This document shows, piece after piece, positions 11,790 to 25,289 of a stretch of DNA of 64,000 bases. The position numbers and the translations under genes are program-made. How positions within the stretch are numbered: the stretch's first letter is position 1; every line of letters starts with the position of its first letter. The stretch is from NCBI GenBank assembly GCA_951406725.2, contig OX597819.1, positions 102,114,001 to 102,178,000 of the forward strand, written 5' to 3'. The notes under the pieces were generated by a model, which worked only from the letters and a program-made list of their open reading frames with translations, did no database searches and was not told the origin of the DNA. Source of the stretch: Octopus vulgaris. Taxonomy: Eukaryota.

Positions 11790-12167
11790 GTAATAATGAT
11801 AAAAAATTCCAATAACAATAGCCTGATTAAAAGAAAAGAAGACAGTAAGCCAAAAAGGAAAATAATGGTGTCGCTATAGGTTAGCCAGCTTCCATATGGA
11901 ATTCGTTTGTATTGGTGTTTCTTGAGATGAAGACACACAGCTGTTGCAATATGTTTAGGGCTCTGGCGGAGAAAGAAACCAACAGTTACGCGAGGAGGGG
12001 GTGTAATTCTGGGATATTTCTTTCTGAAATTCCAGATGCGGGCAATTTTTACAGTAAGAATAAAAGAGAAGTAAAGTAGTGGAATAAAGATAAACAAAAA
12101 CAATTGTAAAATTAGAAATCCCAGTATATATATATGTGTGTGCGTATTTACGTGCGTGTGTTTGTGA

Positions 12168-12216
<49 letters not shown>

Positions 12217-12299
12217 TATACATATATTTGTGTGTGTGTGTGTGCGTGTTTATGTATGTACGTATGAATAAATATATATATATATATAATCGTTTACAC

Positions 12300-12490
12300 G
12301 ACGGGCAAAATGTTTAGCGGCAGTTCGTCCTACTTGACGTTCTGAGATCAAATTCATCCGAGAACGATCTTATCATTCTTCTTTACAGGGTCGATAAAAT
12401 AAATACTTGTAGGATACTAGGGTCGAAGTGATCGATTTACCACCCCCACCCATCCGAAATTGTTGGCCTCCTGCTAAAATTTGAGACTAT
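12300..12490 (+). mobile_element. SINE family A, diverged copy
   Basis: CGGGCAAAATGTTTAGCGG...GTTCTGAGATCAAATTC...GGGTCGATAAAATAAATAC...GGGGTCGAAGTGATCGA. Confidence 0.8.
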
Positions 12491-12499
12491 ATATAAATG

Positions 12500-12530
<31 letters not shown>

Positions 12531-13064
12531 ACATGTATCTGTATGCATAAATTTGCGCGTGGAAACGAAGAGTGAGTAAAAGAATAAAGATATTGTTGTG
12601 GAGGAATTGTTTGAAAACAAGAGGGAAGCAAAATAACAACAGCAACAAAGTATATGAATAATCACCACAATCACCACCACCACCACCACCACCAACAAAA
12701 TCAACTGAAATTTTTAGAAGAAAACAAACGATAATGATGTGAGCAATGAGACCACACACAGTAACAAGACAAGAAAGACTCCCTCAAAGGACCGGTGGTT
12801 ATATCCTCCGTACCAGTTTAAGTTATATATCCTCCATATTTATAGAATAGTTATTTTGATTATGCTTTGTATGTTAATACTATCAGAGATACACAACTTC
12901 GTTATTATTACGTATTGTTTTGAATTCTATATCATTGTGTTTCCTTGTTGACAAATACTTCCTTTCCAAGTTGGAGATTTACTAAATTTCATTGTTACCT
13001 TATCAATATATTTCATTCCTTGCCTCCACGTGCGTAACCAACAATCTCTGTGACGTATATATTC

Positions 13065-13250
13065 TTCTACTTATTTCAGGCATATAACTGCGGCCATGCT
13101 AGAGCACTCCACTTAGTCGAGCAAATCGATCCCAGGACTTATTCTTTGTAAGCCTAGTACTTATTCTGCTGTTCTATTTTGCCGAACCGCCAAGTTACGG
13201 GGACGTAAACGCACCAGTATCGGTTGTCAAGCGATATTGGAGAGACTAAC
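13065..13250 (-). mobile_element. SINE family B 3' body and tail
   Basis: ACTGCGGCCATGCTAGAGCAC...CCCAGGACTTATTCTTTGTAAGCCTAGTACTTATTCT is nearly identical to 45890-46100. Confidence 0.88.
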
Positions 13251-13269
13251 ACATACACACATACATATG

Positions 13270-13316
<47 letters not shown>

Positions 13317-13317
13317 G

Positions 13318-13377
<60 letters not shown>

Positions 13378-13426
13378 CTGGTGAACTCATGCAATCATGC
13401 CTACATACATACATTATATATGTGTG

Positions 13427-13460
<34 letters not shown>

Positions 13461-13894
13461 GCAATCAGGAGCGTAAGTACATGTGTGCATAAACACACGC
13501 ACAGAAATGTATGTCTGTGTGTTGGTCAGCGTCATACCTGTGACACCAATTCCAACAAGACGTAATAGAAAAGGTGATAAACTTTGGGTATAAGTATATA
13601 AGCTCTGATGAGCTCCAATGAACGAAACGGCAATACACTTGGTAGAAATGCACTGATCTTATTAATAACTCTGTGTCAGGTACATTCTGTCTCCAGTATG
13701 AGAGTAATATCTTTTTCAGAACGTTAAAATATATTCTAACCAGCATTCACAGATTGAGTTTCTGGAACAACACATGTTCTCCTTTCTAGAAATGACGTAT
13801 ATATTTATTTCTTAAATGAAGTTACATCTTCGGGTTTCATAATTTTCACAGCCAGATAAATTTCACGATTTCGGAATTTATCTGGGGCGCAAAA

Positions 13895-13902
13895 GTAGCA
13901 GC

Positions 13903-13949
<47 letters not shown>

Positions 13950-13978
13950 CAGCAGCAATATTAGTAGTAGTAGTAGTG

Positions 13979-14012
<34 letters not shown>

Positions 14013-14156
14013 TAGTAGTGGTAGTAGTAGTAGTAGTAGTAATGGCTTGAGATTGGCACAAGGTTACATTTCCAATAATAATAATAATGGAAGAAGAAGA
14101 AGAAGAAGAAGAAGAAGAAGAAGAAGAAGAAGAAGAAGAAGAAGAAGAAGAAGAAG

Positions 14157-14187
<31 letters not shown>

Positions 14188-14195
14188 GCAGCAGC
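13895..14195. repeat. Compound microsatellite (AGT)n ... (AAT)n(AAG)n(AAC)n(AGC)n
   Basis: Read directly from the sequence. Confidence 0.95.
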
Positions 14196-14310
14196 ATTTT
14201 ATATAATAGTGTTCCCGAAAAGTGAAAGCAAAGTTGACCTCGGTGAGATTTGAACTCAGAATGTAAAGGGCTAGAAGATATGGCACTTAACATTTTGACC
14301 GACGCACAAG
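14196..14310 (-). mobile_element. SINE family A partial copy
   Basis: CCCGAAAAGTGAAAGCAAAGTTGACCTCGGTGAGATTTGAACTCAGAATGTAAAG. Confidence 0.75.
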
Positions 14311-15027
14311 GTCGGCAACTGCAAGCTGATTGAGTTAGTCGTTGAAATGAACGCCAGTACTTGATTCTTATTTTATTTTATTGGGTCCCGGAAGGATACT
14401 AGATTTAAATTGTGGACGAAAAAAGAACGAGGTTAAGACGAAAAAGAAGGTTGAGATCGAGCAGGAGGTGAAAAGAGATGGGAGGGGGAGCGAGAAAGAT
14501 ATGAAAAGAAGGAGTAATAAGGGACCACCCTCAAAGGAAGAATAACGAATAAAATGAAGGAGATATAAAAGGACAAAGAAGACATGATGGATGGATTGAT
14601 GGAAGGAAGGAAGAAAGATAGAAGAGAAGAGGTAAGAGGAGGAAATGAATGAATATGAATGGCGAAGGAATATTGATATAAAACAGGAATAAGAAAGACA
14701 GGGAAAAGAGCAACAGAAATATATGCGTGTGTGTGTTGTGTGTGTGTGTATGTGTGTGTGTGTTGTGTGTGTGTGTATGTGTGTTGTGTGTGTATAGATA
14801 TAGATATGTATGCATGTATGTATATACATGTGTATGTTTATGTACATATGTATTATATATACATGTATGTATATATATATATAAGTATATATATGTATTT
14901 ATATATGTATGTGTGTATCTTTATATATATATATAATGTATGTATGTGTGTATCTTTATATAGATATATATACATGTATATATATGTGTATACATGTATA
15001 CATACATATATATATACACACATACAT

Positions 15028-15064
<37 letters not shown>

Positions 15065-17215
15065 GGGAGAGCAGTAATGATAGGAGAGTAAGGTAGGAAG
15101 GTTGAGAGAGAGAGAGAGAGCGAATGTGTAAATGGGGGGAAAAACGTGGATAGAGAGAGATAAGTGTGACGGTGAGAGGTGGGAGTCGATCGTCGAGTTT
15201 GATGACAAAACACAGCGTCAGATGGCATATGACTGTCGTGAAACAGATTGCAACGGAGAAATACGCCATCTTAAAAACGTAAAAAAAAAGGGGGGAATAA
15301 TAAGCAGCAGTCAACAAGAATAAAAAATGGCGACGTAATTTCTCGTTTTTGCCCAAACGACACGTTTTGCTTTTGTTTAATGGTTGCTCGGCTGTCCTGT
15401 TCTTTTATTAAATGTTTATTCTAACAGATTAAGGGTGCGTGTTAGGGGGACTTAAGCGGGGCTAAAAACCCATCTTTTTGTCTGTTATTTTCATTGTTAT
15501 TTTTTCATATTTATATGAATCGTTGTTTTTTTTTTTTCTTCCTCTTTTTATCCTTACTTTATACACGGAACAGTAGTTGTCCAATTAATACGTATTTGCA
15601 ATGTATATATATGTGCAATTTTGTTCTTCAGTTTGATTTTAGATGTATGTACGAGTGGATACACAAATCCTCAAACACACAGCGTATTATATAACTGCAT
15701 ATATTACATACGCAAACGCAATATATGTCTGCGTGTGTTGATATATTCATATATATCATCTATATATTGATATATATATGTACATATATGCATATATATA
15801 TATACATATATGTATATATATATATATATATATGTTATAATATATAAACATCTGAGCATATATGCTTATATATATATATATATATATATGTACTTATATT
15901 TATATGTAAGGATACATATGCACACACACACGTATATATACATATATATTATAATATATAAACATATGAGCATATATTCATACATACAGAGAGATAGACG
16001 GATGGATGGATAGATAGATAGATCGACAGATATATATATTTATCTATCTATGTACTTACATGTGTGCACATACATAAACGTATACGCGCGCACACACATA
16101 TATAGATGCATATGTAGATATATAGACAAACGCGAAGATGTGTACGTGCTTAGAGATATATGCACGTGTGTGTATTCTGAGAACACAAGCGTCTGTATTT
16201 TCTTTGTGCGAAAATTTGAGACGGACGACAAATTGAATTACCGTCGATATATAGATATACGTGTGAGTAATTTTGCGGCTTACGTGGGATCGAATAAGGG
16301 CGGGTGTAAATAAATTTGTCGCCCGCTCCGTGCATACACACCCGCAGACAAATAGTAGAATATACAGTCGGACATCAGGGTGTGTCCAAACCAGTATAGA
16401 CGCGTGCAGAGTGTCTTAGTATACTCGATGGCCGAAGTATGTATGTCTTAAAGTTATTGCTGCACATATGTGAGCACGTATTTTTGCAGATATGCCTCTA
16501 TGTCAAATTTAATATGGCCACAGCTGTCTATGCGTGTGAGTATAAACACGCTTATATTTACATGCACAGTTATACATGCATGTATACACACACGCACGTG
16601 CGTGTGTATATATGTATATATTAATACCTGAAAGTGCATATATAAATAAACTTAAACATGTGTGAAGACATAGGCAGACGCACGCGTTACGTATTACACG
16701 CATGCTATTATGCATGCAATATGCTCTTTGTGACGCCTTTATATAAGCAGTGTATGCAATGGTGGGGTGTGAAGTTTAATAAAAAAACAAGAAGACACAT
16801 GAAATGTTAAAAAGAAAGGATTGTAAGACAACGCGAATTTAAAGACGATCATCGCTATATCATGGCTGCTAGACATACAACTTTAAACTGTCTGTAGCAC
16901 AATTGCATTTTGTATTTGTCAGTGTATACATATAATACAATTCCATGTGTGTGTCTGTGTGTGTATGCGTATATATACACATGTTTGTGCGTGTATGCGT
17001 GTATCTGTGTATATGTGTGTGCGTGCATGTGTGCATAAATGTGTTTGCATTGAAGAATGACTAGAAAAGTATATCGATTGAGAATGAAAAAAAATATAAT
17101 AAAAATAAAAAAAGAAACACTAATCTGGAAGACAAAGAGATATAAGTAGACAGAAAGACAGAGAAAAAGGCAGAAAGACAGAGAAGGAGAAAGACAGACA
17201 GACAGACAGACAGAC

Positions 17216-17294
<79 letters not shown>

Positions 17295-17549
17295 TAAGAA
17301 ACAAAACGCATGAGAAAATGAAAGGAGATACAAAAGAAAGCAAGAAAAAAAGCGCTCTCTCACTTCATACGTCGAGAACAGCAGTTCCGGTTTGAGACGT
17401 AAAGCTCTCTACCGTCCAATAGTTTACAAGAGTAATTAACAAGAACAAAACAAAATTTTAAAATAACATGTCTATGCCCGAACCGCCATCTCCCTTGTAA
17501 TTATCTGGCTACCGCTCCCTGCCAACCACAATTCACTGTATCTTGAAAG

Positions 17550-17865
17550 GGATGCGTGGTAAGAAGTTTGCTTCCTAACCACAATGTTCCGGGTTCAGTC
17601 CCACTGAGTGGGGTCATCTTGGGCAACTGCCTTTTACCATAGCTCGGGCTGGCCAAAGCCTTGTGAGTGGATTTGGTTGGCGAAAACTGAAGAACCCCGT
17701 TATACACACATAAACACACACATATACACACGCACCTATGAATCTGTATTTGCTTTTGATTATCCTCCAGCAATGCTTGACAGACAGTGGTGGTTTGTTT
17801 ATGTCCCCGTAACCTAGTGGTTCGGCGAAAGAGACGATGGAATAAGGACCAGTCTTATATGAAAT
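17550..17865 (+). mobile_element. SINE family B, head plus internal microsatellite plus 3' body
   Basis: GCGTGGTAAGAAGTTTGCTTCCTAACCAC...GGGTTCAGTCCCACTG...CTTGGGCAAC...CAAAGCCTTGTGAGTGGATTTGG, a CA-rich spacer, then GCTTGACA...GTCCCCGTAACCTAGTGGTTCGGC. This shows that head and body belong to one element. Confidence 0.88.
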
Positions 17866-17949
17866 GAACACCTCTTTTGTGTTGCTCTTGCATAATTTCT
17901 AAAATACTGTGTCTCAATTTGTCTCCAATCTATACAGACATGCACGCGT

Positions 17950-17992
<43 letters not shown>

Positions 17993-18287
17993 CTCTCCTG
18001 GAAATACAAAAGGCACTAAGTTTGTCATTCCAACTACTTTCATATCAAAGATATGTTTGATCTTTCGCGCCTTTTCAATAATGTTTCTGAACCATTTTGT
18101 ATCATGGCCCATTTCCAATTTCCTTCCACATACACACAAAATGTATCCTGTAGCCTTACACACACGGCCAAAGTATACAGAATACGTATAATTGAAACAA
18201 TTGTTAATGAAACTTCACTGCAAGTTGTATTCACTTATTAATTAATTATTTAAACCCAATTCTGAAGAATTCGACGCCATATCAAGA

Positions 18288-18485
18288 TAATGGTTTCAAA
18301 TTTTGGCACTAGTTGAGCAATTTCAGAGAAGAGGCTAAGTCAATTACTAGTAATTATTTTATCGAACCCGAAAGAATGAAGGGCAAAGTGGACCCCGGCG
18401 GCATTTGAGATCAGAATGCAAAAGCAGACGACATGCCGCTAATTATTTTTACCGGCGTGCTAATGATTCTGTCCGCTTGCCGCTA
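18288..18485 (-). mobile_element. SINE family A near full-length copy
   Basis: ATGGTTTCAAATTTTGGCAC...CCCGAAAGAATGAAGGGCAAAGTGGACC...GCTAATGATTCTGTCCGCTTGCCGC. Confidence 0.85.
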
Positions 18486-19069
18486 TGCCATATGAAAATA
18501 CTGCCATGACACAGGTCGAAAAACACTGCTCTACATAAAATGGGTTAATGTAGTCTCCTTCTGGCTGTTCTTTTTCCACACTTGCTAAGTAGTGTCTCAT
18601 CTAACAGATGCTCTTTAAACTCAGATATAAGGTAAAGTAAACTGCTTAGGTTAATTTACCTGCAATCCTTCCAAGATCGGAAAAAAGAAATAGACAATGT
18701 ATTAGTTTGGTAATGAGGTCAAGGCAAGCAACAATGTTAGTAATGAGGAATACGTTTATCTCGGCGTGACAAATCTTTGATTTCGTATGTAATTTTGTTA
18801 TTACATACGGACTGTCAGATGTGTACATGTACTTTAGGATTTCGTAATTGTTTATAAAATATTATCACATGATACAGATGGGAGATGGCTTTTTTAAAGC
18901 AAGTCTTTTGTCACTTAAATGCCCGAAGAGTGTCACTGCTGGTAACCGTATCACAGGTTCGCTATCACTAGACTAAACCTTTCCGCTAAAACACCGGGCC
19001 CTATATTGTAGTTAAAAACCAATATCGTCAATAGTAGTAGTAGTTGTAGTTGTAGTAGTAGTACCAATA

Positions 19070-19370
19070 GGCGGCGGCGAGCCGGCAGAATCGTTAGCAT
19101 GCCAGCCACCAACACGTTTAGCAGCATTTCGCCCGTCTTTACGTTCTAAGTTTAAAATTCTGTGGAGGTCGACTTTGCTTTTCATCCTTTTCGAGATCGA
19201 TAAATTAAGTACCAGTGGATTACTGGGGTCGATGCAATCGACAAACCAACACCCTCCACCCGGAATGGAAGGCCTTGTGTCGTTCGGTTTCGGTGCTAAA
19301 CCCCGCGCGTCCTTTGTTATGTTCTGTCCTTCTTTGTTAAGTGTTCAGCCCTTGTGGCCAATAAAGTAAC
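19070..19370 (+). mobile_element. SINE family A full-length copy
   Basis: GGCGGCGGCGAGCCGGCAGAATCGTTAGC...GAGGTCGACTTTGCTTTTCATCCTTTTCGAGATCGATAAATTAAGTACCAG...CAGCCCTTGTGGCCAATAAAG, ending in (ATT)n. Confidence 0.88.
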
Positions 19371-19400
19371 GATTATCATCATTATTATTATTATTATTAT

Positions 19401-19451
<51 letters not shown>

Positions 19452-19800
19452 GAGGAGGAGGAGGGGGCCACATGAGCTGCTTACAGGACCATTAATACAA
19501 AGCAACAACCACCACCACCAGCAGAACCACAAAACACCACTACATCTGCCACCTCACAACAAAGATTCCATTGACCAATTTATTTACGACATATCATATC
19601 AATTCCGTCGACTTATTGTGTTCGTTAACAATTATGCTAAGTGTGATGTTTTCTTTTCTTTTTTTGTTTTGTTTTGTTTTGGTTTTGTATTTATAGTTTA
19701 TTTCTGGAACAATCGATGACTGCTTCCAGTAGACCTAATGTAGAGTAACGTAAGTAGCCTATATACATTTACTGCCATTGCTAGTCTAGCAATATAGACT

Positions 19801-19842
<42 letters not shown>

Positions 19843-19906
19843 CAGTAGTAGTAGTAGTAGTAGCAGTAGTAGTAGTAGTTCTACCCTCTTGCACGCACAC
19901 AGCTAC

Positions 19907-19939
<33 letters not shown>

Positions 19940-20629
19940 CGTATGTATGCTTGTGTGTGTATGCAGAAACACTAACATAAATACGCCTAAGCACATATTG
20001 ACACACAGAAACACACGTGTATGTATGTATGTATATATATACACCTATTTATGTACAAATATATATAGACAACTATTTATGTGTGTATATATACTCACAT
20101 ACACACATATATATATATATATATACACTTACACACACGCACACACACACACACATATATATATATATGTACAAATATATATACATACAAATATTTATGT
20201 ATATATATATCCATATCATTTAATATACGCAAGATCTAAAAGATTTACATATAGTTTCATGCTGGAGAGATACAATAATTTGGTAGACTTATATAACATG
20301 CAATCTCTCAGCTTCAGTGAACATCGTTAGTTGTATATAAAAACCAGAGCGCTAGCCCATGGAGAAAGCATAAGGAAAAAATAAAATGAGAAAAATGCAA
20401 TGAAGGTTGATTCAAAAAGTGGAACGAGAAGAAAGCAAAGAAAATTTTATTAAACAACATTTATCTCTCATTGGATGGAGTACGTTTTTTCTTTTGAGCT
20501 TTGCCTATAACCACACACACCCACACAAACACACACACACAGAGTCAAATCGAACATTAATAACTGGACATGGAAAATCGAACTTTAAGATTACAAGTAA
20601 CAAAGCAGCTAAAGGATGTAAATATGGAA

Positions 20630-20858
20630 TGCATTAGCTTGACGCTCAGTAAAAAAGGAGAAAAACGGATTCTTTTACGTTTCGAGCATTGCTCTTTGTC
20701 AGAAAGGGGAGAAAGGAAGAGTGTGGAGAAGAAAATGAGTGTGAATAAACACATACACACATACACATACAAATAGCCCGAGATAACGAAAGGTTCATGG
20801 AGTACATCAGGCAGGTGGAATGCAGACGAACTGTAAGCTGACAAGGACAATACCGGAC

Positions 20859-20860
<2 letters not shown>
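20630..20860 (-). mobile_element. Diverged family D relative with hammerhead motif at 20672-20706
   Basis: Minus strand CTTT-CTGACAA-A-GAGC-AAT-GCTC-GAAAC-GT-A-AAAG with a perfect CUUU/AAAG stem I. The adjacent GACGCTCAG motif is shared with family D. Confidence 0.7.
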
Positions 20861-20889
<29 letters not shown>

Positions 20890-21535
20890 GAATGGGGAAG
20901 GGAAATAAATTCTTTGAATGTCATGTTACATTGAAGACACAAATATGTTTATATTTAATGTTTTAATAAGTTATCTTTTTTATCCGCTTATGCTCGAAAC
21001 GCTAATGACCCCAACATTGACCTTATCATCCACCATCTTCAATCTTCTTACATTGACCATAGCTATCTTTATCAACAACATTCACATAATCTAGCCTGCA
21101 GTTGTACCTACTCATGGTCGCTCGCCAAGCTAAAAACATCAGCAAAATCTCCCCTCATATCATACGAACTTTTGCACTGGACACAACACTCTTTACATTA
21201 ATAATGCCCTTGCTGGAATAACTATGATCATAGGTTTGCTCGAGCAGGAACGTCCGGCGGCTAAACAACAACCAACAAACACAATCCTCATCATCATCAT
21301 CATCGTCATAGCTGTCATCATCAATATTATGATTATAATTACTATTGTGACTATAATTATTATTGCGGATAATACAATAAAAATGATAATGCCGTAGTTG
21401 ATGATAATTATAACAATAAATGACAATTAAAACCATTAGTCGTCAGTTGTAATTATAATAATCTTTGTTAATTACCACTGTCCTTTTATTAATTGCTCAA
21501 AACCAACAGCCCCTCATCATTTATCATCGTTGTCG

Positions 21536-21572
<37 letters not shown>

Positions 21573-21941
21573 CATCATCATTGTTACTGACATTATTGTT
21601 AACGGTGGGGTGGTGAGGATAGTAGTAGTAGTAGTAGTAGTAGTAGCAGCTCATAATTTCTATTATTCAATGCTTCATCATCATCATCGCCATCATCATC
21701 AACATCATCATCATCATCTTCATTATTGCCGCCATCGTAGTTGTCGCCGTCGCTGTTAATCGTTAGCTGTGTCGCCGTTGTGATAACTTCTCTTTTTCTT
21801 TGTTCGACATCAAAGATTTTGAGCCAATTGAAACGGTCCTCATTTCTGTCTTTTCTTCTATTTCTTAATATCCACACCAGCAGCAGCACCACCACCATTA
21901 CTATTACTACTGCTGCTGCTGGTAATACTACTAATATTATA

Positions 21942-22478
21942 TGCCCTGACGCAATACCACGCAGTGGCTCTCATGGGTTTATCATGTACATTGTTTTGTC
22001 TTGGCACAAAAGATGGGCCACACCAAATATTCTGCTCAATACCACAGATTTGCATGTCAGTTGTTTGACCTTAACCAGTTGCGCATGTCCCTTAGCAGCT
22101 AAAGATAGGTGCATCTTTGATCACGTGCAGAATTAGTGGGGGAGCATCAGCCCCTTGTGTTGAAAGGAATTGTTTGCGTTTTGGATAACTCACCTTTGGA
22201 AACATGAGTGTTTCCTTCAACATCCTTAAAAAACCTTAATTTCAAGAACCCTTTGAGTGGGGTGGGCTACCCGACCTGAAGAAAATTTTAACTGAGCCCC
22301 ACCTGCAAGGTCATGCGCTGTTTCTCTTGATATATGAGATCACCATGTCGCGCACATGTGTTTATGATGCATGTGTCAGGTGTAGCCTTGTCAGATGGGT
22401 AGTCATGATGGGTATACTGAGCTTTGTGTATTTTGCCCTAGTATCACTTTAAGGAATGCACTGCTCTCGCACTCACTT
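21942..22478. mobile_element. Probable interspersed repeat of about 530 bp embedded in trinucleotide microsatellite
   Basis: GC-richer, non-coding block with sharp boundaries against (AAT)/(ACT) repeats. It resembles an abundant octopus repeat from memory. Single copy in this window, so the class is unverified. Confidence 0.5.
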
Positions 22479-22484
22479 GTAGCA

Positions 22485-22541
<57 letters not shown>

Positions 22542-22549
22542 GCAACAAC

Positions 22550-22965
22550 AATGGTTTCTAGTAATGGTACAATGCTAACATTTATTTTATCTTATCGACA
22601 TCGTTGGGATGGAAAGTTCACCTCCGTGGGGTCTGAACTCAGAACATAAACAGCTGAAAGAAATACCACCACACATTTATTTCGATGTTCTAAATCATTT
22701 TGCCAGCTCGCCTCTATCACCACCATTACGTACCCTCACCACCATCATTTTAATAATCCTTTCTACTATAGGCACAAGGCCTGAAATTTATGGGGAGAAA
22801 ACTAGTCGATTACATCGACCCAGTGTTTATCTGGTACATAATTAATCGACCTCGAAAGGTTAAAAAGCAAAGTCGACCTCAGCAGAATTTGAACTCGTAA
22901 CATGAAGAGGAACGAAATAGTGTTAAGCATTTTTTCCTGGCCTGCTAACAATTCTGCCAGCTCGC
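22550..22965 (-). mobile_element. Two tandem family A SINE copies (22550-22715 degenerate, 22753-22965 well preserved)
   Basis: ATCCTTTCTACTATAGGCACAAGGCCTGAAATTT...ATCGACCCAGTG...AAAGTCGACCTCAGCAGAATTTGAACTC...CTGCCAGCTCGC. Confidence 0.85.
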
Positions 22966-23324
22966 AGCATTGTGATAATAATTATGATGATAATATTGAT
23001 ATCCTCCTCAACGATATTGCTGTGGCTAATAATAATAAAAAATCATAACAATTGTGTAATGATGATGACGACGACGACGATGATGATTTTTAATAGGTAC
23101 AAGGGCATCGATTAAGAGGACATCACAAGAAGAGTCAACAATTTGTGTGGGGATTTACATAAAAGATGAAGAAAAGGAAAAGGAAAAGACAGTGGAATGC
23201 GATAAAAAGGATAAGTATTATACATATCATTTGAACACATGAGTGATGTAGTCCTCCCGAAAACAGAAAAATTCCAACTAGGGCCAATCAAGGAACCCTG
23301 CAGAATCATGGATACCCTGACCTT

Positions 23325-23530
23325 CTTTCTACTAAAGGAACTCGGTCTGAAACTTCGGGTAGGGTTCTACTCGATTACATCGACCCCAGTGCTCAGCTGT
23401 TTCTTATTTAACCGTCCAACTTCCACGGGAGATGATACGTAAAGTTGACCTCATTAGGTTTTGAAAAGAGAAAAGAAAGGGCCGTCGCTAGATAAATACC
23501 ACAAGGCATATTTTGTGCGACGCTCAGCAA
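23325..23530 (-). mobile_element. SINE family A degenerate copy
   Basis: CTTTCTACTAAAGG...TCGATTACATCGACCCCAGTGCTCAGCTG...AAAGTTGACCTC. Confidence 0.7.
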
Positions 23531-24427
23531 CTACTAACAGTACTGCGTTAACGAACACAGACATCAGTACTGATACAACCACTATTACCATCATCATTAC
23601 TCCAAACCCTGCATCCATCACCATATTCCAACGCTATGTTGTTGTAGTAGTAGTAGTAGTAGTAGTAGCAGCAGCAGCAGCAATACAGGCCCACCACCCT
23701 TCACCACGTACCAAAATTAAGTAGTAGTAGTAGTAGTAGTAGAGCTGCTATGTTCACTAATAAATACTACTACGATCCATAACACTAACTTGGCGATATA
23801 TTCACTCAATGCAAGGAAATTTTATGCAGCCACATACACACATATATGCATTTGCAACACACACCACCACCACCATTCGTACACATACACACTACATACA
23901 GACATGTCCAGATAGTCACACACACGTATAAGACAGCATTCAGATCTATAAATATAGTTTTACAGAAAGTCTATGGGTTAACACGACTCTAATCGTGTTG
24001 TGGTAGTAGAGAGTAAGGAAGAACGAATGGGTGAGGGTGGTGGTGACAGAGACAGAGTAAGAGAAAGATACAGAGAGTGTTGGTGTGAGTGACCGAACGG
24101 GTGTTAGGCCCGGGTTGGATTTGCAGTGTATTATCAACGTGGTTTATACACTGACTATATATGAGTATATATACATGATATATACATACATACATACATG
24201 TGTGTATGTATGTGTATGTGTGTATATATATGATATATATGCATTTAATTTCGGTTTACTCAGAATAGAAATCGTGTAAGATGAATGCTACATTACATGC
24301 TTAACAGTACATACATATATAAACATACATACACAGGTATATACACACACCTACACACACACAAATACATGTAGATCATATACCCGAACAGAGAAGGGGA
24401 GAAGAGACGAGAGGTTAAGAGAGAGAG

Positions 24428-24461
<34 letters not shown>

Positions 24462-24639
24462 GAATGAAGGAAGAAAGAAAGAAATAAGGGAAGAAATGCG
24501 TTTATCAAAGAAAAAGAAAGGATTAATGAGAAACTCAATCTCAGATTAGCAGTGCAACATTACACACACATACACACACATACACACACACATATATGAA
24601 TGTATATATACACACACACACACATATATATATATGTAT

Positions 24640-24950
24640 ACTATGGACTGCTCCGTCACATCGTTATTATTACGTACCCATCGCTGCAAATGAATTATAA
24701 ACGGATATGGGGGCCAATCCATTCCACAGCCTGATATCTATTACTGCACCCACCAAACCCTTTTACACCGCAGTAAACGGAGCTTGTCGAAAGATGCCTG
24801 CTTTCGTTCCTAACACCACCCACAACGCAAACCACACCATCTGACATACCCTTGTAGCTTTCTGCTACCCAGGACCATTTCGACATCCACTTGTTTTAAG
24901 TCATGTTCTTTCTGTTTGCTCCGCATACGAAGGCCACCCCATATTTATTC
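24640..24950 (+). pseudogene. Possible very decayed Penelope-like ORF remnant
   Basis: C-rich block containing CTTTCGTTCCTAACACCACCC (like P-F-V-x-T-Y-H-P) and CCCTTGTAGCTTTC (P-L-V-A-F), motifs found between RT and GIY-YIG in Penelope-like elements. No open frame. Confidence 0.25.
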
Positions 24951-25198
24951 TAGATTTTCTGAGTGAGTCTATGAGAGTGCACGTGTGTGAGAGAGAAGGG
25001 AAACAAAGAGAGAGAGAGAGGAGGTGTGAGAGAAAGAGGGAGAGAGAGGATGAGAGAAAGAGGCTTTATTCCTCGAGGGTGTTTTATTTTGTTTTTCTTA
25101 TTCTTTTACGGGTGCTTGCTTGATTGATTGCTGGTTCCGTGTAGTTTGGGCAAATACCAACCTCCCCGTATTCCCATGCAGCGTGTGCAACCATTCAA

Positions 25199-25289
<91 letters not shown>

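Noticed and set aside
15395-15440. Possible 7-nt micro-exon (CTAACAG|ATTAAGG|GTGCGT)
   Set aside because: Splice-like signals this short arise by chance, it is not frame-preserving, and no partner exons were seen.
17990-18240. Tc1/mariner-like terminus after TA (also GGGGCGTAAATAATATTGG near 10648)
   Set aside because: No matching second TIR or transposase remnant could be found.
20985-21005. GCTCGAAACG resembling the hammerhead 3' half; similarly GAGACGTAAAG near 17395
   Set aside because: No upstream CUGAnGA box or intact stem II.
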